Below, piece by piece: positions 13,720 to 27,483 of a stretch of 64,000 nt of DNA. The DNA comes from the human T2T-CHM13v2.0 reference genome, Homo sapiens. The notes under the pieces are model-generated. The model did no database searches. It worked only from the letters and a program-made list of their open reading frames with translations, and was not told the origin of the DNA. How positions within the stretch are numbered: the stretch's first letter is position 1; each line of letters starts with the position of its first letter. The position numbers and the translations under genes were made by a program. The DNA is taken from assembly GCF_009914755.1 (NCBI RefSeq), contig NC_060929.1; one strand, 5' to 3'.

Positions 13720-13860
13720 GAGAGATCATCTTGCTTAAGCCTCCTTTCACATCAGAACACTGAAGCTCAGAGATGATACACAGCTTTTCCATGGAACATG
13801 GTTAGGAGCCAAGTTGATACTAAATTTCCTGACAGCTAGTCCTATGCCTACACTATTTCA
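13720..13860 (-). mobile_element. MIR SINE fragment
   Basis: Core-like CAGAACACTGAAGCTCAGAGA. Confidence 0.5.
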
Positions 13861-14106
13861 ATCATGGTGCCAGAGCAGGCACCTATGGGGCTGTGAAAAA
13901 TGTTCCTCTGGGTAGGAGAGGTAGCACATGTAGTATTCTGCATATATGTTCTTGCCTTCCAGCCAACCCAAATTTAAAAATAAATATTTTGGCATATTTT
14001 CAGATTTACAAAAATTTGTCAGTATGATACAAAGAATGATCATATACTCTTTACCCAGATTCTCTAAGTGTTAACATTTATTTTTTATTTAAACATTTAT
14101 TTTTTA

Positions 14107-14156
14107 TGTCTATCTACTATCTATCTATCTATCATCTATTTATCTATCTATCTATC
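14107..14156. repeat. (TATC)n microsatellite, left part
   Basis: Imperfect TATC units read directly. Confidence 0.9.
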
Positions 14157-14866
14157 TGCTATAGTCTGAATGTTTCTGTTCCCCACCTCCTCCAAATTCA
14201 TATGTTGAATGCTATTCACCGAGGTGATGATGTAAGTAGATGGAGCCTTGGGAGATGATTAGGTCATGAGGGTGGTGCCCTCATGAGTAGTTTAGTGCCT
14301 AAAATGGTTTGGCTGTGTCACCACCCAAATCTCATCCTGAATTCCCACGTGTTTTGGGAGGGACCTAGTGGGAGTCAATTGAATCATGGGGACAGGTCTT
14401 TCCCATGCTGTTCTCGTGATAGTGAATAAGTCTCATGAGGTCTGATGGTTTTAAAAAGGGGAATTTTCCTGCACAAGCTCTCTTTGCCTGCTGCCATCCA
14501 TGTAAGACATGACTTGCTCCTCTTTGCCTTCCACTATGATCGTAAGGCCTCCTCAGCCATGTGGAACTGTAAGTCCACTAAACCTTTTTCTTCCTAGTCT
14601 TGGCTATGTCTTTATCAGCAGTGTGAAGACAGACTAACACAGTGTCCTTATGAAAGAGGCCCCAGAGAGCTGATATGCCCCTTCCACCATGTGAAGGCAC
14701 AAGAAGACACAGTCTATGAGGAAGCAGGCCTTCACCAGACAGTGCATCTGCTGGTGCCTTGATCATAGACTTCCCAGCCTTCAGAACTGTGGGAAATAAA
14801 CTTTTTGTTCTTTATAAGTTACCCGTTTGTGTATTTTTGTTATAGCAGATTTAATGAACTAAGACT
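14157..14866 (+). mobile_element. MaLR LTR (MSTD/MLT1A-like) split by THE1B
   Basis: Starts TGCTATAGTCTGAATGTT, ends TGTTATAGCAG...GAACTAAGAC; CTATC on both sides. Confidence 0.85.
14300..14641 (+). mobile_element. THE1B-like solo LTR
   Basis: ATGGTTTGGCTGTGTCACCACCCAAATCTCATCCTGAATTCCCACGTG...CAGACTAACACA; 5-bp TSD GTGCC (14295-14299)/GTGTC (14642-14646). Confidence 0.92.
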
Positions 14867-14883
14867 CTATCTATCTATCTATC

Positions 14884-14930
<47 letters not shown>

Positions 14931-15045
14931 ATCTATCTATTATCATCTATCTTTCTAGATGCTATCATCTATCTATCTATCTAGATGGTATCATCTATCT
15001 ATCTAAGACTATCTATCAATTATCTATTTATCTACCTATCTATCC
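14867..15045. repeat. Compound (TATC)n/(GATA)n tetranucleotide STR
   Basis: 11 perfect TATC units at 14887-14930 within a longer imperfect array. Confidence 0.95.
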
Positions 15046-17053
15046 CTTCCTCCTCCTTCTCGTCATCGTCATCAGTTATCTATCTATATATGATTTTTCC
15101 CTGAACTGTTCAACAGTAACTTATAGATATGATTCTCCTTTATTCCTAAAGAGTTTAGCATGTATTTTATAAAAACAAGAGCAGTCTTTTCCATAACTAC
15201 AACATAGTTATCAAAATCAGAACATTAAAAATTAACATATTATCATATAATCTCAGTCCTATTCAGATTTGTCAATTTTCCTAATAATGTTCCTTCTAGC
15301 AAAAGAAGATGAAAGTTTATGTGTTATATTCAGTTGTCATATGTCTTAGCTTTCTTTTAATCTGGAATAGGTTTATAGTTTTCTAGAAAGAATAGGCCAA
15401 GTATTTTGTAGATTGTCCCTTACTTTGGATTTGCTTATGTTTCCTCATGATTACATTGAGGTTACAATATACTTTTAGCAGGAACACTGTAGAAGCATTT
15501 TGTCCCAATATTGGCAATATTAACTTTGACTGCTTAACATATTGTCTGCCAGATTTTATCACTGTAAAGTTACCTCTTTGTCTTTTGTAATTGATAAATA
15601 TCTGTGAGGAGATACTTGGAGATTATATAAATATATTATTAGTTCTTAAACTTCCCTCCAGTGGTTTTAGTACTCACTGGAGATTCTTGCTTGAGTCAAT
15701 TGTTATTATGATTACTAAATGGTAGTTTTGTATTTTACAATTTCTTCTACATTTGTTAGCTGCCTTTCTACTACAGCCCTTCTCCCATTATTTTGTTTGT
15801 TTATAACAATGTAGACTCATTGGGTTATTGTTTTATTCAGTGGATTTTAATACTTTTCTATTAGTTATTTTGATTCTAAATTATTTCAGTTTTGGTAAGT
15901 GGGAGTCTTTCAGATTGGCTCCTGGGTCCTTTTGGTACATTCTCATGTTTCTTGTAGCACTTCTTTACTTTCTGGTACAAGAAGATGTTGCGACCTCATT
16001 TTGTAATCTCCCTGCCTCAGCCCTGAAATCGGTCATTTATCTAAAAAGATGTGCTTGATTCTATCAAGAAATAATTACTTATAGACCCTTTCACACATTT
16101 ATATATTTTAATATCTATTATCTCTCTTACTCACTTCTACTATTTTTATCTAAAAAACATGAGTCTACACTGATATCTCCATTTCCAATTCACACTAGTG
16201 GGATCATTCTAGCTTTCTGCCTTCTCATGTTTGTTTATTTTTTCATGCCTTCTCATACTTGTAATTCCCTTTTCCAGTGGTGAGAAACCTGGCTACCATT
16301 ATTCATGACATAATGCCTTATTTGCTAATCATAGAATACAAAGAAAATGGTTTCAGATTGCTCATCCATGTCTATGTAAAAGAAGCCCACGAATAAGAAC
16401 TCAATATTTGTTTAGAATTATTTTTGTTTTTAGCCTAAGTGTATATCATTTAAATCCTGTAGGAAAAAGTTACCTGGGTTAATTCTCTCTCCAATTTATT
16501 CAGTGTAGGTAGGTTATTCTTTTGAAATATGGTTTGTTATATTTGTTTTTGTTTTGACTCAATTTTAGAGTTATTTCCCTATCCTTTCCGATTTTTTTTG
16601 TGTGTTTTTTCTTTCTTTTTCCTTTTTTTGAGTATGTAAAACATTGCCATGGTCCCAAAAGTCAGACCTGTACAAAAAGTATACACAGAGGAGGGTCACT
16701 GACCACCTTCTGTCATTCCTTTCATGCTTCCCACCTAGCCTCATCCGCCTTCTCTAGGTAACCAATCACATTAGTCTTCTACTTATCGTCCCTTTGTTGT
16801 TTTTGCCTAAATAATCAGATACTTTATTTCCTCTTCTTTCTGAAAAAAGGAGCTCTCTTCCACACTCTGCCTCAGTTCTTCCAGCTTTGCTTCATTCCTT
16901 TGCATAGTTGCTTAGTATTCCATTTCCTAGATACACCACAGTTTGGCTAATGAATAGTGTTTGTTTAGACATGTTGCTTCCAATATTTTATAATAATAAA
17001 CAATGCTGCAAGGAATATATTTGTGCACAAGTATTTTCAAATTGTTGGAGGTA

Positions 17054-17488
17054 TAGTTGACCCTTGAAAAATGTGCAGGTTAGTGGTGCCAACCCCCATG
17101 CACTAAAAAGTCCATATATAACTTTTGATTTCCCAGCAACTTAACTACTAATAGCCTATTGTTGACCAGAAGCCTTACCAATAACATAAGAAGTTGATTA
17201 ACATATATTTTATATGTTATATGTATTATATACTATACTGCAATAAAGCAAGCTAGAGAAAAGAAAATTTTATTAAGAAAATCATAAGAAAGAGAAAATA
17301 TATTTACTATTAATTAGGTGGAAGTGGAACATCGTAAGGCCATCGTCCTTGTTGTCTTCTTGTTGAGTAGGCTGAAGAGGAGAAGCAGGAGGAAGGGCTG
17401 TTCTTGCTGTCTCAGAGTGGCAGGGGCAAAAGAAAATCCATGTATAAGTAGACTGGCAGTTCAAAGGATTCTGTTAAAGGATCAACGG
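17054..17488 (-). mobile_element. Tigger2a (MER28) DNA transposon, full length
   Basis: TIRs TAGTTGACCCTTGAA / TTAAAGGATCAACGG; TA on both sides; characteristic internal sequence. Confidence 0.9.
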
Positions 17489-17619
17489 TATATCTGCAGA
17501 GTAAATTACTTAAAAGTGGTAATTCTATATCCTAAGGGAATGTATATGTAGCTTTGTTAGATATTGCCAAATTCACCTACTATAAGGATAGTATCAATTT
17601 TCATTCCAACCAGCATCAT

Positions 17620-18385
17620 ATGATCGTGTACCTGGAAACCCCCTAGAGAATCTATGGTGACTCAGCAATAAAGAATTCATTAATGTGTCAAGACATAAAG
17701 CTAATGAATAATAATCAATTATATCATAAAATGGTAGGGGAAATTTCATTTACAATGGCGAAAAAGAAGACAAGATACTTAAATTTAATAAGAAATATGT
17801 AAATCCTATACATGGAAAACTTTAAAGCACTTCTGAGAGACATAAAAGTAGACTTGAACAAATAGATCCCTTGTTTTAGGTCTGATGACTCAACATTATA
17901 AAACTATCAGTTCTTTCTAAGTTAACTTATAAATTTAACATAAGTTCAATAAAACTACCAACAAGTGTGTTTTGTTTGTTTTGTGTGTGTGTGGAGCTAG
18001 AAAACAATAATCAGAAATACATAAAAGAGTTATAAAGAGCAATTAGCCCAATTAGATATGAAGACATACAATAACATATAGTCTCTGTAATTAAAACTCT
18101 TTAGTACTGATGTTTGAATAGAATATTAGACAAGTGCAATATAAAAGGAAGTGCAGATATAGGTCCAAGTACATGTAACACTTAAATGTTTAAAAAGGTG
18201 ACATTTCAAAACACTGGGGCAAAAATAAGTTTTTCAGTAAATGAAGCATGGACAACTATTTATTCATTTGAAAAAATAAAACAAGCTCCATATCCCACAT
18301 CATACATAAAAATAAATTAGAAGTGGACCAAGGATCTAAATATAAAATATGAAACCATACAAATACCAGAAGTAAACATAATAAA
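17620..18385 (+). mobile_element. L1M ORF2 fragment, inverted relative to the adjacent L1
   Basis: ATGATCGTGTACCTGGAAACC encodes MIVYLE (RT domain after YADD); continues with ENFKALL-like sequence to GAAACCATACAAATACCAGAAG. Confidence 0.75.
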
Positions 18386-18619
18386 GGATGGGTCTAATTT
18401 ATCTAGTAGAGACCTTGGTCTTTGCCACATGCTCTGAAATGACTTTCAGGGATGGTGTAATCAGGGAACTCTACACTTTCCCTACCTATTGGTGTCTTTT
18501 TAGTTTTATGATATACAACCCTGCATTAGTCAGCTGCACCCACTAGCCATGAGGCTACTGAAGTTGGCACTTGTGCATGTCACTCTCTGGTGGGATGGTG
18601 AGAATATGTCATCGTGTTT

Positions 18620-18945
18620 CACGATGTCATGCCATTCTCATGCAATTTCCCCGTCTTCATGTCCTTTTTTGTCCATGCCTTTTTTTTTCTTATCCTTTTT
18701 ATCCTTAAAAATAGCTTATTGTACCACATCCAGGAAAGATTTTTATAACTCTTATTCCTTATTTTGTTTGCCATACTCTGGGTTTCCTATGCATATATTT
18801 AATGTCACAAATACTTTATTGTAAAACAATTGCTGATTTGCATCTGAATTCCTCCCTAGGACATAATCTCTTAGAGAACAGGAACCTTATTTTATTTGAT
18901 TTTTATTCCTAGTACCTACTAGAGGCTGGCATATGGTTGGTGCTT
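18620..18945 (+). mobile_element. L2 3' fragment
   Basis: CTCTTAGAGAACAGGAACCTTATTTTATT...CCTAGTACCT...GGCTGGCATATGG. Confidence 0.6.
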
Positions 18946-19290
18946 GCATTAATCCTTATAGGCTAGATTGTGTTGCAAGAATCATCAACTGTCCAATCTT
19001 AGGGACTTGACACAACAAAGATTTAAATATCACTCATAAAATATATTGAAAATCTGGGTAACTCTCCAGGGTAGTTGTCCTTCCTGTGGCTGCTCACTGA
19101 TCCAGGCTACTTTGATCTTGTGACTCAAAGTTCAACAAAATGTGGATGTGTCATTTTATTTACACTTCAATGGCCAGAACTTACGAAATGGCCTCATCCA
19201 GTTGCAAGAAGTTTGGGAAATGTAGCCTTCCATATTTACAGGAATAAATGAAGAACTGGATATTGCTTAATAATTGTTAATGAGTGAAGT
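18945..19290 (-). mobile_element. MLT1 (J/K-like) LTR
   Basis: ATGGCCAGAACTTACGAAATGGCC...GCAAGAAGTTTGGGAAATGTAG motif. Confidence 0.55.
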
Positions 19291-20449
19291 ACTATCAGGG
19301 CATTTCTGAAAATTCAGCAGAGATCAAGGAACTTGAGAGGAGTCTATATTGCAAAGATCTCCAATCAAAAGAAACCAAATTAGATAAATTCTGTAATTTA
19401 TTTTCAGGATTGATAATATAATAACTCCCTGAAGAAAACTTTTATCTGAAGTCTCCAGATCATTCTAGGTGTTTCCATATTATTCTAGGAGGTATAGTCT
19501 TGTCTCACAGAGAGGTAGCATACCCTAACCTGAGTTCACAAATATCTATAAATCAAAAGGTCCTAAGAGCAAGTGGGTCACAAATCATAGTCCTAGAAAA
19601 GACTTCTGAGTTGGAGAATTTGCCCAGTCAAGAACAGGGACGAAGGTAAAAGGATTCACCTATCTGAATAGTAAGGAGAGGGTTGGCAGAACAAAATATT
19701 GTCATGGTCCTAGATGGGGTTCTTGTCCCAGATGAAATTAGACAACAGCCAGGAAATGGGGCAGAAACTCACCCTGGAGTCTTAACTTAAGGAGTCATGG
19801 GAAGCCAAAAATGAGAGAGCATGTGGGTAGCTGAGGAGGCTCATTCAGGATATATGGAAACTTGACCTTGAGAAGAGGAATAATTCTAATCTCCATAAAT
19901 TCTTAGAATTACCAGATGTTGTTCTCGTGGGATTGATGGTAAGATTGAATCTGAGGATTGTATTATAAGCCCAAACCCTCTGTGATTAAAAACAAAAAGA
20001 TTTTCTTACTTTTACTCTTAGTTAGAAGCAACAAAAAGTAACCCTTAAATGAGCATGCAACAGGATGAGGAACTGGCATGGGAAAACATTAGGCCTATTC
20101 ATTTGGGCCAGGGTTTGTTCTGTTTCCCCTGAACAGTCGCAAAAAGAATGCCTTCCTCATGTTCCACCCATCAAGTTTACAGGATTAAGTAAATACTTTT
20201 GACAAAACCATGCTGTTTTAAATTTAAACTCCTTTTCCTGCATTTCTGACATTTTCTTCTGCTGATTCCAACAAAATAACAGTTTTCTATTATGTAAAGA
20301 GGAAACATGGGGTTTAGGTATTGAATTCTGTTCTTATATCCATATAAATGACCTATTATGTTCCAGGGCTTATAATTAAACATCATTTTGGCTTTTCTTT
20401 GTGTATGGATGTGACCTTATATTTTGGCATTAGTTACATTTTGTGTAAT

Positions 20450-20502
20450 TCTCTTTCTCTCTCTCTCTCTACACACAGACACACACACACACACACACAC
20501 AC
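20450..20502. repeat. (CT)n(CA)n microsatellite
   Basis: Read directly. Confidence 0.9.
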
Positions 20503-20504
20503 AA

Positions 20505-21715
20505 TTTATATTATTAATATAGTTTTACAAGAATAAGTGGAAGACATCATTGATTACCTCATACTCCTAAATGCTTAAGTTTGTAATTCTTAAGAGCAAA
20601 GCCTTTTTTTAACATAACCATGATATCAGGAAATTTAACATTGGTATAATACTTTTATTTATTCTCTATAGTCGAATGTTATCAATTGGTCCAATATCAT
20701 TATAGCTATTCTTTTTCCTGGTCCAATATCCAACATCATATACTACATTTGGTTTTTATGCCTCTTTAGTCTTCTTTTACCAGGAGCATTTCTGTCTGAT
20801 GTTTTCTCATGAATAGACTCAAGCAATGCATTTTTGGCAAGAATATTAATGAAAGGATTTTGTGTCTTTCTCAGTATATTGAGTCATGTGATGATCATGT
20901 GTCTCAATATTGGTGATGTTAGCTTTGATTTCTTGAGTAAGGTGAGATGTCATCCAAATTCTTCCTTTGTCTAATTACTGCGTTTCCCTGTGTAATTAAT
21001 ACAGAATTTGTGGGAGATATTTGAGTCTATATAAATACCCTTTCTTACCAAACTTTCACCTGCTAATTTTACTATTCATTAATGTTTTTCAAATATCGTG
21101 TCTTGCATATTTATTAGTTAGCATTATACTGAAAAGAAGGATTTTTCCTTTTCCCTAATACAATTGTTTATTCATGTGCTTATTTATATCAGTATAGACT
21201 CAAAGATTTTTGTTTCACTGAAGTAGTTATAATTCATTATCAACAATATACAAATTGTTCCAGATCATTTGAGGCTAGTTCCTGCATAGTTTTGCCACAT
21301 TCCCATCATTTTTTGAGCAGCTCCTCGCTTTTTACTTTATTTTTAATTTTTTTAGAGATGGAATCTTACTCTGTCACCCAAGCTAGAATTCAGTGGTGTG
21401 ATCATAGCTCACTGTAACCTAAAATTCCTGAGCTCAAGGGATCCTCCCACCTCAACCTCCTCAGCAGCTGGGGCTGCTGTGCCGCTACACCAAGCTCATT
21501 TTGTTAGAGATGGGGACCCACCATGCTGACCAGGCTGGTCGCAAACTCTTGACCTCAAGTGATCCTGCAGTCTCCACTTTCCAAAATGTTGAGATCACAG
21601 GCGTGAGCCACTGCACCCAGCAGCTCTCATTTTTAGTGCAATAAAGTGTTCCAGGCTCACACTGTACTTTCCCTGCCCCCGCCCTGGAGTCAGTCATGTC
21701 TCCTAGGAGCTTAGA
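20505..21715 (-). mobile_element. Old L1MC-like 3' fragment interrupted by an Alu
   Basis: CATTTTTGGCAAGAATA, GGTGATGTTAGCTTTGAT, CCAGGCTCAC...GCCCTGGAGTCAGTCATG. Confidence 0.7.
21329..21621 (-). mobile_element. AluJ
   Basis: Diverged dimer with GATCATAGCTCACTG and GCTCAAGGGATCCTCCCACCTC. Confidence 0.9.
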
Positions 21716-23039
21716 CTTCTGATTTAATTAGAGCAAGTCTATGTTGTAGTATGCTTTCCCAACCCTCTCCTCACTATCCCCCACACAACTCTATATTCCA
21801 GACTATCAGCTTCCTCACTGCTCTGCAAAAATATGGCACTAACTTCTTCCATGTCCACTCTTTCTCCTTTTTGCTGCCTACCAAGCTCAGTCCTCTCTGA
21901 GGGTCAGTTCCTTTCCCTTTACCTCCATGACGGATGCACGTGAAGAGGCGTTATGACAGCTGGAGCTCATTCATACCCAGGCTTGATTCCACTAAACTGG
22001 CTGGCTAGACAAGTGCCTTCGTCTTTCAGGAATACTTGTATGTTTCCAGAAGCTGCAAAATTGGAAAAAGACTTTATGCTCCTGGGAAGAGGGGATTTGT
22101 GTTTTAGTGAAACGTTATATGAGATCTTCAATCCTTTACAACAATGTTAAACGTATTTTTGAGCTCCGTTTCCCCCACAAGAGTTTCCTAAGAAACCCCA
22201 GCCCACACTCATTTTTCCCTTCTTTGAACTCCTACTACACTTGGTTGCTGAACCACACAATCTAGCTTTTGTCTATGTGCCTGCTATTTCTGTTATAGCT
22301 TCAAATTTTCCATAGTGGTTATTAACTACTTAAGGGAAAAGATGGTTTCATATTTATACATAAATATGATTTCTTCCATAGGATCTGGCCTCACTTCCTA
22401 TACACAGACAAATATACAGTTCTTATCCTTATGCCTCACACAAATAAGTGCATTAAAAATGATTTTTTGAGGAAGTGAACACAGATCATAGAATTCCATG
22501 AGACTAGAACTTAGGTCTCATGACCTCCATGCCTATGATTTCTTAACTCTTAATATATTATACCATTAAACCCCCAAACTTGGCCATATGTTTAGCATTA
22601 TTCTATATATCTAGATATTATAGTCTTATAATATTAATCATCTTCCCTTCATGTTGGAATAAGAATTTTTTTTTAATTTCATAGAAATGACAAGTGGAGG
22701 ATAGCATGAATCTCTGACATCCATCGATCATCCCCAGGCTCCATTAAAGCACCTGAGTAAGAAGTAGACATTGTTCTTTGTTTCTCTTTCTCCAGGTCAT
22801 TTCTGCAGAGCTTGTCATGTTGACAGCAAAAGAAAAGGGCATGGGATATCTGCATATCCACTGTTTAATTGATCCCTAGCCACATTTTCTAATTACTGTA
22901 TATTTTTTCCATTAAATCAAGTCCATAGGTATACATGTTAGTTTTCTAGATATATTTATATTTAAATGTCAAAATTTAAACACCAAAAAATTTCTTATTG
23001 TATGTTTATTCCAGAATGTTTGTGAAATTTACTATTTTT

Positions 23040-23360
23040 GATATTTTATTCATTAATTCAATAAACACTTACTGAAAGTCCACTACATGCATTGTGCTGG
23101 GCTCTTGTGTCAGGAATGATTTACTGAGGAAGTAATATTGAGGTGAGACATGAAGGAAGAGCAGAAGTTGCCAGGTAAGCTCTGCAAGGAAGAGGATTTT
23201 GGTAGAGGAGCAGCATAGGAAGTAGCTGGGTTGTGAAAGAGCTTAGAGAAACTGTCCAGAGGACAGTGGCAAGAAGAGATGTTTGGGAGGAGGCTGGAGA
23301 TGTAGGCAGGCACTCTATCTTAAAGGACTTGTAGGGCATGTAAGAGTTTCAGGCTTAATG
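23040..23360 (-). mobile_element. L2 fragment
   Basis: Tail TTCATTAATTCAATAAACACTTACTGA followed by purine-rich body. Confidence 0.7.
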
Positions 23361-23803
23361 GAAAATTTAAGGCATTAAGGTGAAATAGAAGTTGAATAGC
23401 TTGTAGCAAATAGCTTCGTACCGCTTAATACCCTTTTAACATAGTATAATAATTGATGTTTATGAAAATGATTCTTTTCATAAAGAAAAGTTTACATTCT
23501 GTTTCATTAAATCCTATTAGAAAGGTAGAAAAGTTGTATAATACTTTTAAAAAATTTTTTCATCATAGTTAAAAGTGTGTTGATAATTAAAGGGGTCACC
23601 CTTACTTATCCAGAAAATTTGTTTGTTTATAAAAGATGTGCTTATCCCAGTTGCATGTTGACTTGTAGCCTTTTAACTTAATACACCAATATTTGTCACA
23701 ACATATACAAAAACTGTAAAATCTCTCTATAAATATTGTTATTCATCTCATTTATTGATATAAAGTAATAAAGTAAGTTTGATACTGCCTTGTCCCAATC
23801 TAA

Positions 23804-24132
<329 letters not shown>

Positions 24133-24539
24133 TACTTGTTTAATTTCTTGAAGAGATGTTACTAATACATTTTCAGTAGCTGATGTATATTTCATAACAT
24201 TCTGTAGGTTTCTGGAAAATGCATAGCTTGTTATGCAAAAGAATGTCCAATATCTGTCATAAACAAAGAAAACAAACTCAAAACTGGCAAGGCATGTTAC
24301 TGTATGGCATGTTTCAATGTTATTATACCCTAAGAATCTTTTTCAATCAAAACATAATCATAGGTAAAGAATTACTAGGGAAAGGGGAGTGGGGAAGGAG
24401 AATGGCAATTAGATCACTGATGATGTTAAAAGCCATAAGAAACAGAAAATAGATACCCATTCTCTAGGTTGTAAGGCATGGAAGGACTTACCCAGCTTAC
24501 CCAAGGCTATGAGCTCAAGGCTATGAGTCTCCCGCTGGG

Positions 24540-25800
24540 ACTCAGGAGAACAACAACATAGAACTTTTGGTGTCTCAACAGAAAATGACTCTGGCTGATT
24601 TAAGCAGAAAATGAATTTACCAAAACATAATACAGTAGTTTACATAATCACAAAGAAGATTGGAGAACTGGGGGCTGAGACAGCCCAAAATGTACCCAAA
24701 ACCATGTTACAAAACTTTTACCATCTCCACTGAGTGTCAAGTGCCGCAGCTTGTGCCTGTGATAGCCATCAGGCCTGGGCAGTACTCAGTTTTATTGCCA
24801 TTGTCCCAGTCCTCTCTTCTATGTCCTTCTAACTCTTGAGTCCACAGTGAATTCTTCGAGCATACATAGTGGAAGGCAGATCCTGCATCTCCCAAAGACT
24901 TATAGTGGAGAAATTCCCAAACATAAGAAGTAGGATTGAATATGTAGTGGCCAAAAATAATGACGATTTTTTACATAGCTCATCCCTTTGAATATCCTTC
25001 ATACATGATTTCATTTACAACTCTTGGTTCCTATCATACTAAAAACAACCCTTGACAGCTTTGGCACACTTACCTTCTCCCCAAAATGAAGAATCCCAGA
25101 GCCTCATCAATTGATGCCTGCAGCTCCTGGCTCAGGATCTCAGGAAGATGCCCAGCTTTCCTCTTCTTCTATCATGATCATGTGTCCATACTCTGTAATC
25201 TATGGACTAAACCGAGAAGGTGTCACCCACACATGCTGTGTAGGTGTGAAAGAAAGAGGAAATTTGGTAAAAATAATTAAATGTAAGTCTGATATAGCAA
25301 GGAAAAGAACATAAGTATGCATTTATGACACTAGGTCATAGATATGATTTATTTGCTCTCCTATTAACTTAGTATTTCTTTGACTTTACCCAGGAACTTT
25401 CATTCCTGAAGGATCTAACTCCCAGTGGTAGCACCTATATGGGGTTGCCGTGATTGGCTATTATTTTTTGCTCTTGTTGTTACACTATAGGTACTGAAAA
25501 GTCCCCTCTGGTTTCCATCCACATTATTCCCATATCTCCATGTTAGTCACCTCACTTCTCATAGACAGTCAGGTTCCAGCAAAAATAAAACATTTTTTTT
25601 CATTTTCACCATTCAATACAGGAGAAGCCCAAAGTATACAAGTAGTTTTCTTAACTTCTAATTCATTAGAATCATACTTGTGTTCTCTAATGAAAGTATT
25701 TCTCCCATGGTTTATAAAGTCTGTCTCTGTCAGCAGTGCCTAAAGTAACAGGAATGTGAATCACATATTGTAAGTATTTCTTCTGTATTTTACAAGATGA
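24540..25800 (-). mobile_element. Old MLT1-type LTR plus probable MaLR/ERVL internal sequence
   Basis: AACAGAAAATGACTCTGGCTGATTTAAGCAGAAAATGAATTTA resembles an MLT1 end; downstream assignment is by resemblance only. Confidence 0.45.
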
Positions 25801-26015
25801 ATCATGTCCCATCTTGAGGCTAGAGGCTGCATCTCGTATCACTTTGTTTCTGAAGGGCTTGAGGGTGAAGTATGATAGGATCTCAGAATTAGGCTGGATA
25901 CTGCTGAGAAGGCTTAACACTCTTGAAAATGGGGGATTGGAGAACTGGGTCAGCTAGAAGCTGATTACTACGATGAGTAGCCAGTGGTCTAGTATGCTGT
26001 GTTCAAGCTTGCTTT

Positions 26016-26309
26016 ATCTATTTATTTTTTGAGACGGAGTCTCACTCTGTCACCCAGGCTGGAGTGCAGTGGTGCGATCTCTGCTTACTGTAACCTCCGC
26101 CTCTTGGGTTCAAGTGATTCTGCCTCAGCCTCCTGAGTAGCTGGGATTACAGATGACCGCTACGACACCTGGCTAATTTTTGTATTTTTTGTTGAGATGG
26201 CGTTTCATCATGTTGGCCAGGCTAGTCTCGAACTCCTGACCTCAAGTGATCTGCCTGCCTTGGTCTCCCAAAGTGCTGGGATTACAGGTGTGAGCCACCA
26301 CGCCTGGCC
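26016..26309 (-). mobile_element. AluS (Sx/Sz-like)
   Basis: Full dimer; CCTGACCTCAAGTGATCTGCC; degenerate TSD AAGCTTGCTTTA/AAGGTTGTCTTTA. Confidence 0.93.
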
Positions 26310-27483
26310 AAGGTTGTCTTTAAATTGGGCTTGGTTGCAGCACTTTCCATGCCTAAGGTATAAAGATGTTCAGTCTACTGGCTGGAATTTATGTCAGACA
26401 GACTATTGTGCCATGTTCCCATACAATCAGTCTATTTCTAGCTGAAGTCTGTGAAGTAGCTAGGCATAAAATAGACAGGGTCCAGCCCTCCAGAGGAAAG
26501 GATAGGCAAGAGCTAGGCTGGACATCAGAGTCTGTCAGGTAATCTGGAGTTTATGGCAAGGCCGCTGGGCTAGAAGGATATTGGATTGCCGTGCATAGAA
26601 ACTGATGACTGCGTTAGTGTCACAGTGGTTTGGGACAGATGCCAAATAAGTGTGTCTGCAGGCAACCCACATGTGAAACACATAGCAGAGAGACACTAAT
26701 TGTCGACCTCACTTGCTGGTGGGCTAAGATTGTTGGTCAACTTGCTACTGTGGCCCAGGCAGTTGGTGTAGCTGAGTTGCAGATGTAAAAATCAGCAGCC
26801 CCAATGAAAGGGGCAGGGAGAAGTAGGAGCTGAAAACAGGAACCAAATGTGAAGCCAGATGGAATCCAATAGGATGGCCTAAGCTTGCTCAATTTTGAAA
26901 TATGATAGTCAAACTTCTGTACCACTTTTAGACCAAGACTCTTAACACCTGAATGAAAAGAAATATGGGTAAAACTTAACAATCAAATAAAAGGAAAGAA
27001 TGAAAAAGAACTAAAAAACAAAATTGGCCTAGTGATCTGACACCCCTTTCAGTTCTGAAAGTGGCAAAGACATCTGAGGAGACTGTCATAAGGTCATGGT
27101 TATATTTAAAGCCAGCATAATGTACAATTACCTAGGAACGACAGGAGAATCCAATGTATCTGAGATTCATCACATTAAATGTACCTGTTTTGAAGTTTTG
27201 GTCCTTTTGGAGGAATTTTTTATTAAAATTATAGGTACTGGGCACGTTACACAGCTACTGAATTGATTTGTTTTTGGCGGCACACTTTCCTGTGGGTTAG
27301 CAGAGGGAAGAGTGTCAGCAATATTGTGAGTCTGGTGCTACATGTAATTTGGGAAACCACAAACTCCTTAAAGTGTACTGACCACTCAGCACTAATTTAT
27401 AGCCCCAGAAACTATAGAGACTTAATTTCTTTTAATTCTTACAATCTAGCTTTAGAAACCAATGCTTAAATATTACCAGTACC

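Larger units (their letters stand above)
13970..17630 (-). mobile_element. Old L1MC-like 3' segment hosting TATC repeat, MST/THE1B and Tigger2a
   Basis: Antisense L1MC 3'UTR motifs before 14107 and from ~15090, running into antisense ORF2 end (TTTTCATTCCAACCAGCA). Confidence 0.7.

Noticed and set aside
19480-19960. Possible very old LTR-like segment (similar impression at ~12040-12640 and ~26370-26930)
   Set aside because: Could not assign a family or termini by eye; needs an HMM search
24502-24527. Short direct repeats (CAAGGCTATGAG twice; also 46249-46272)
   Set aside because: Ordinary slippage-scale duplications
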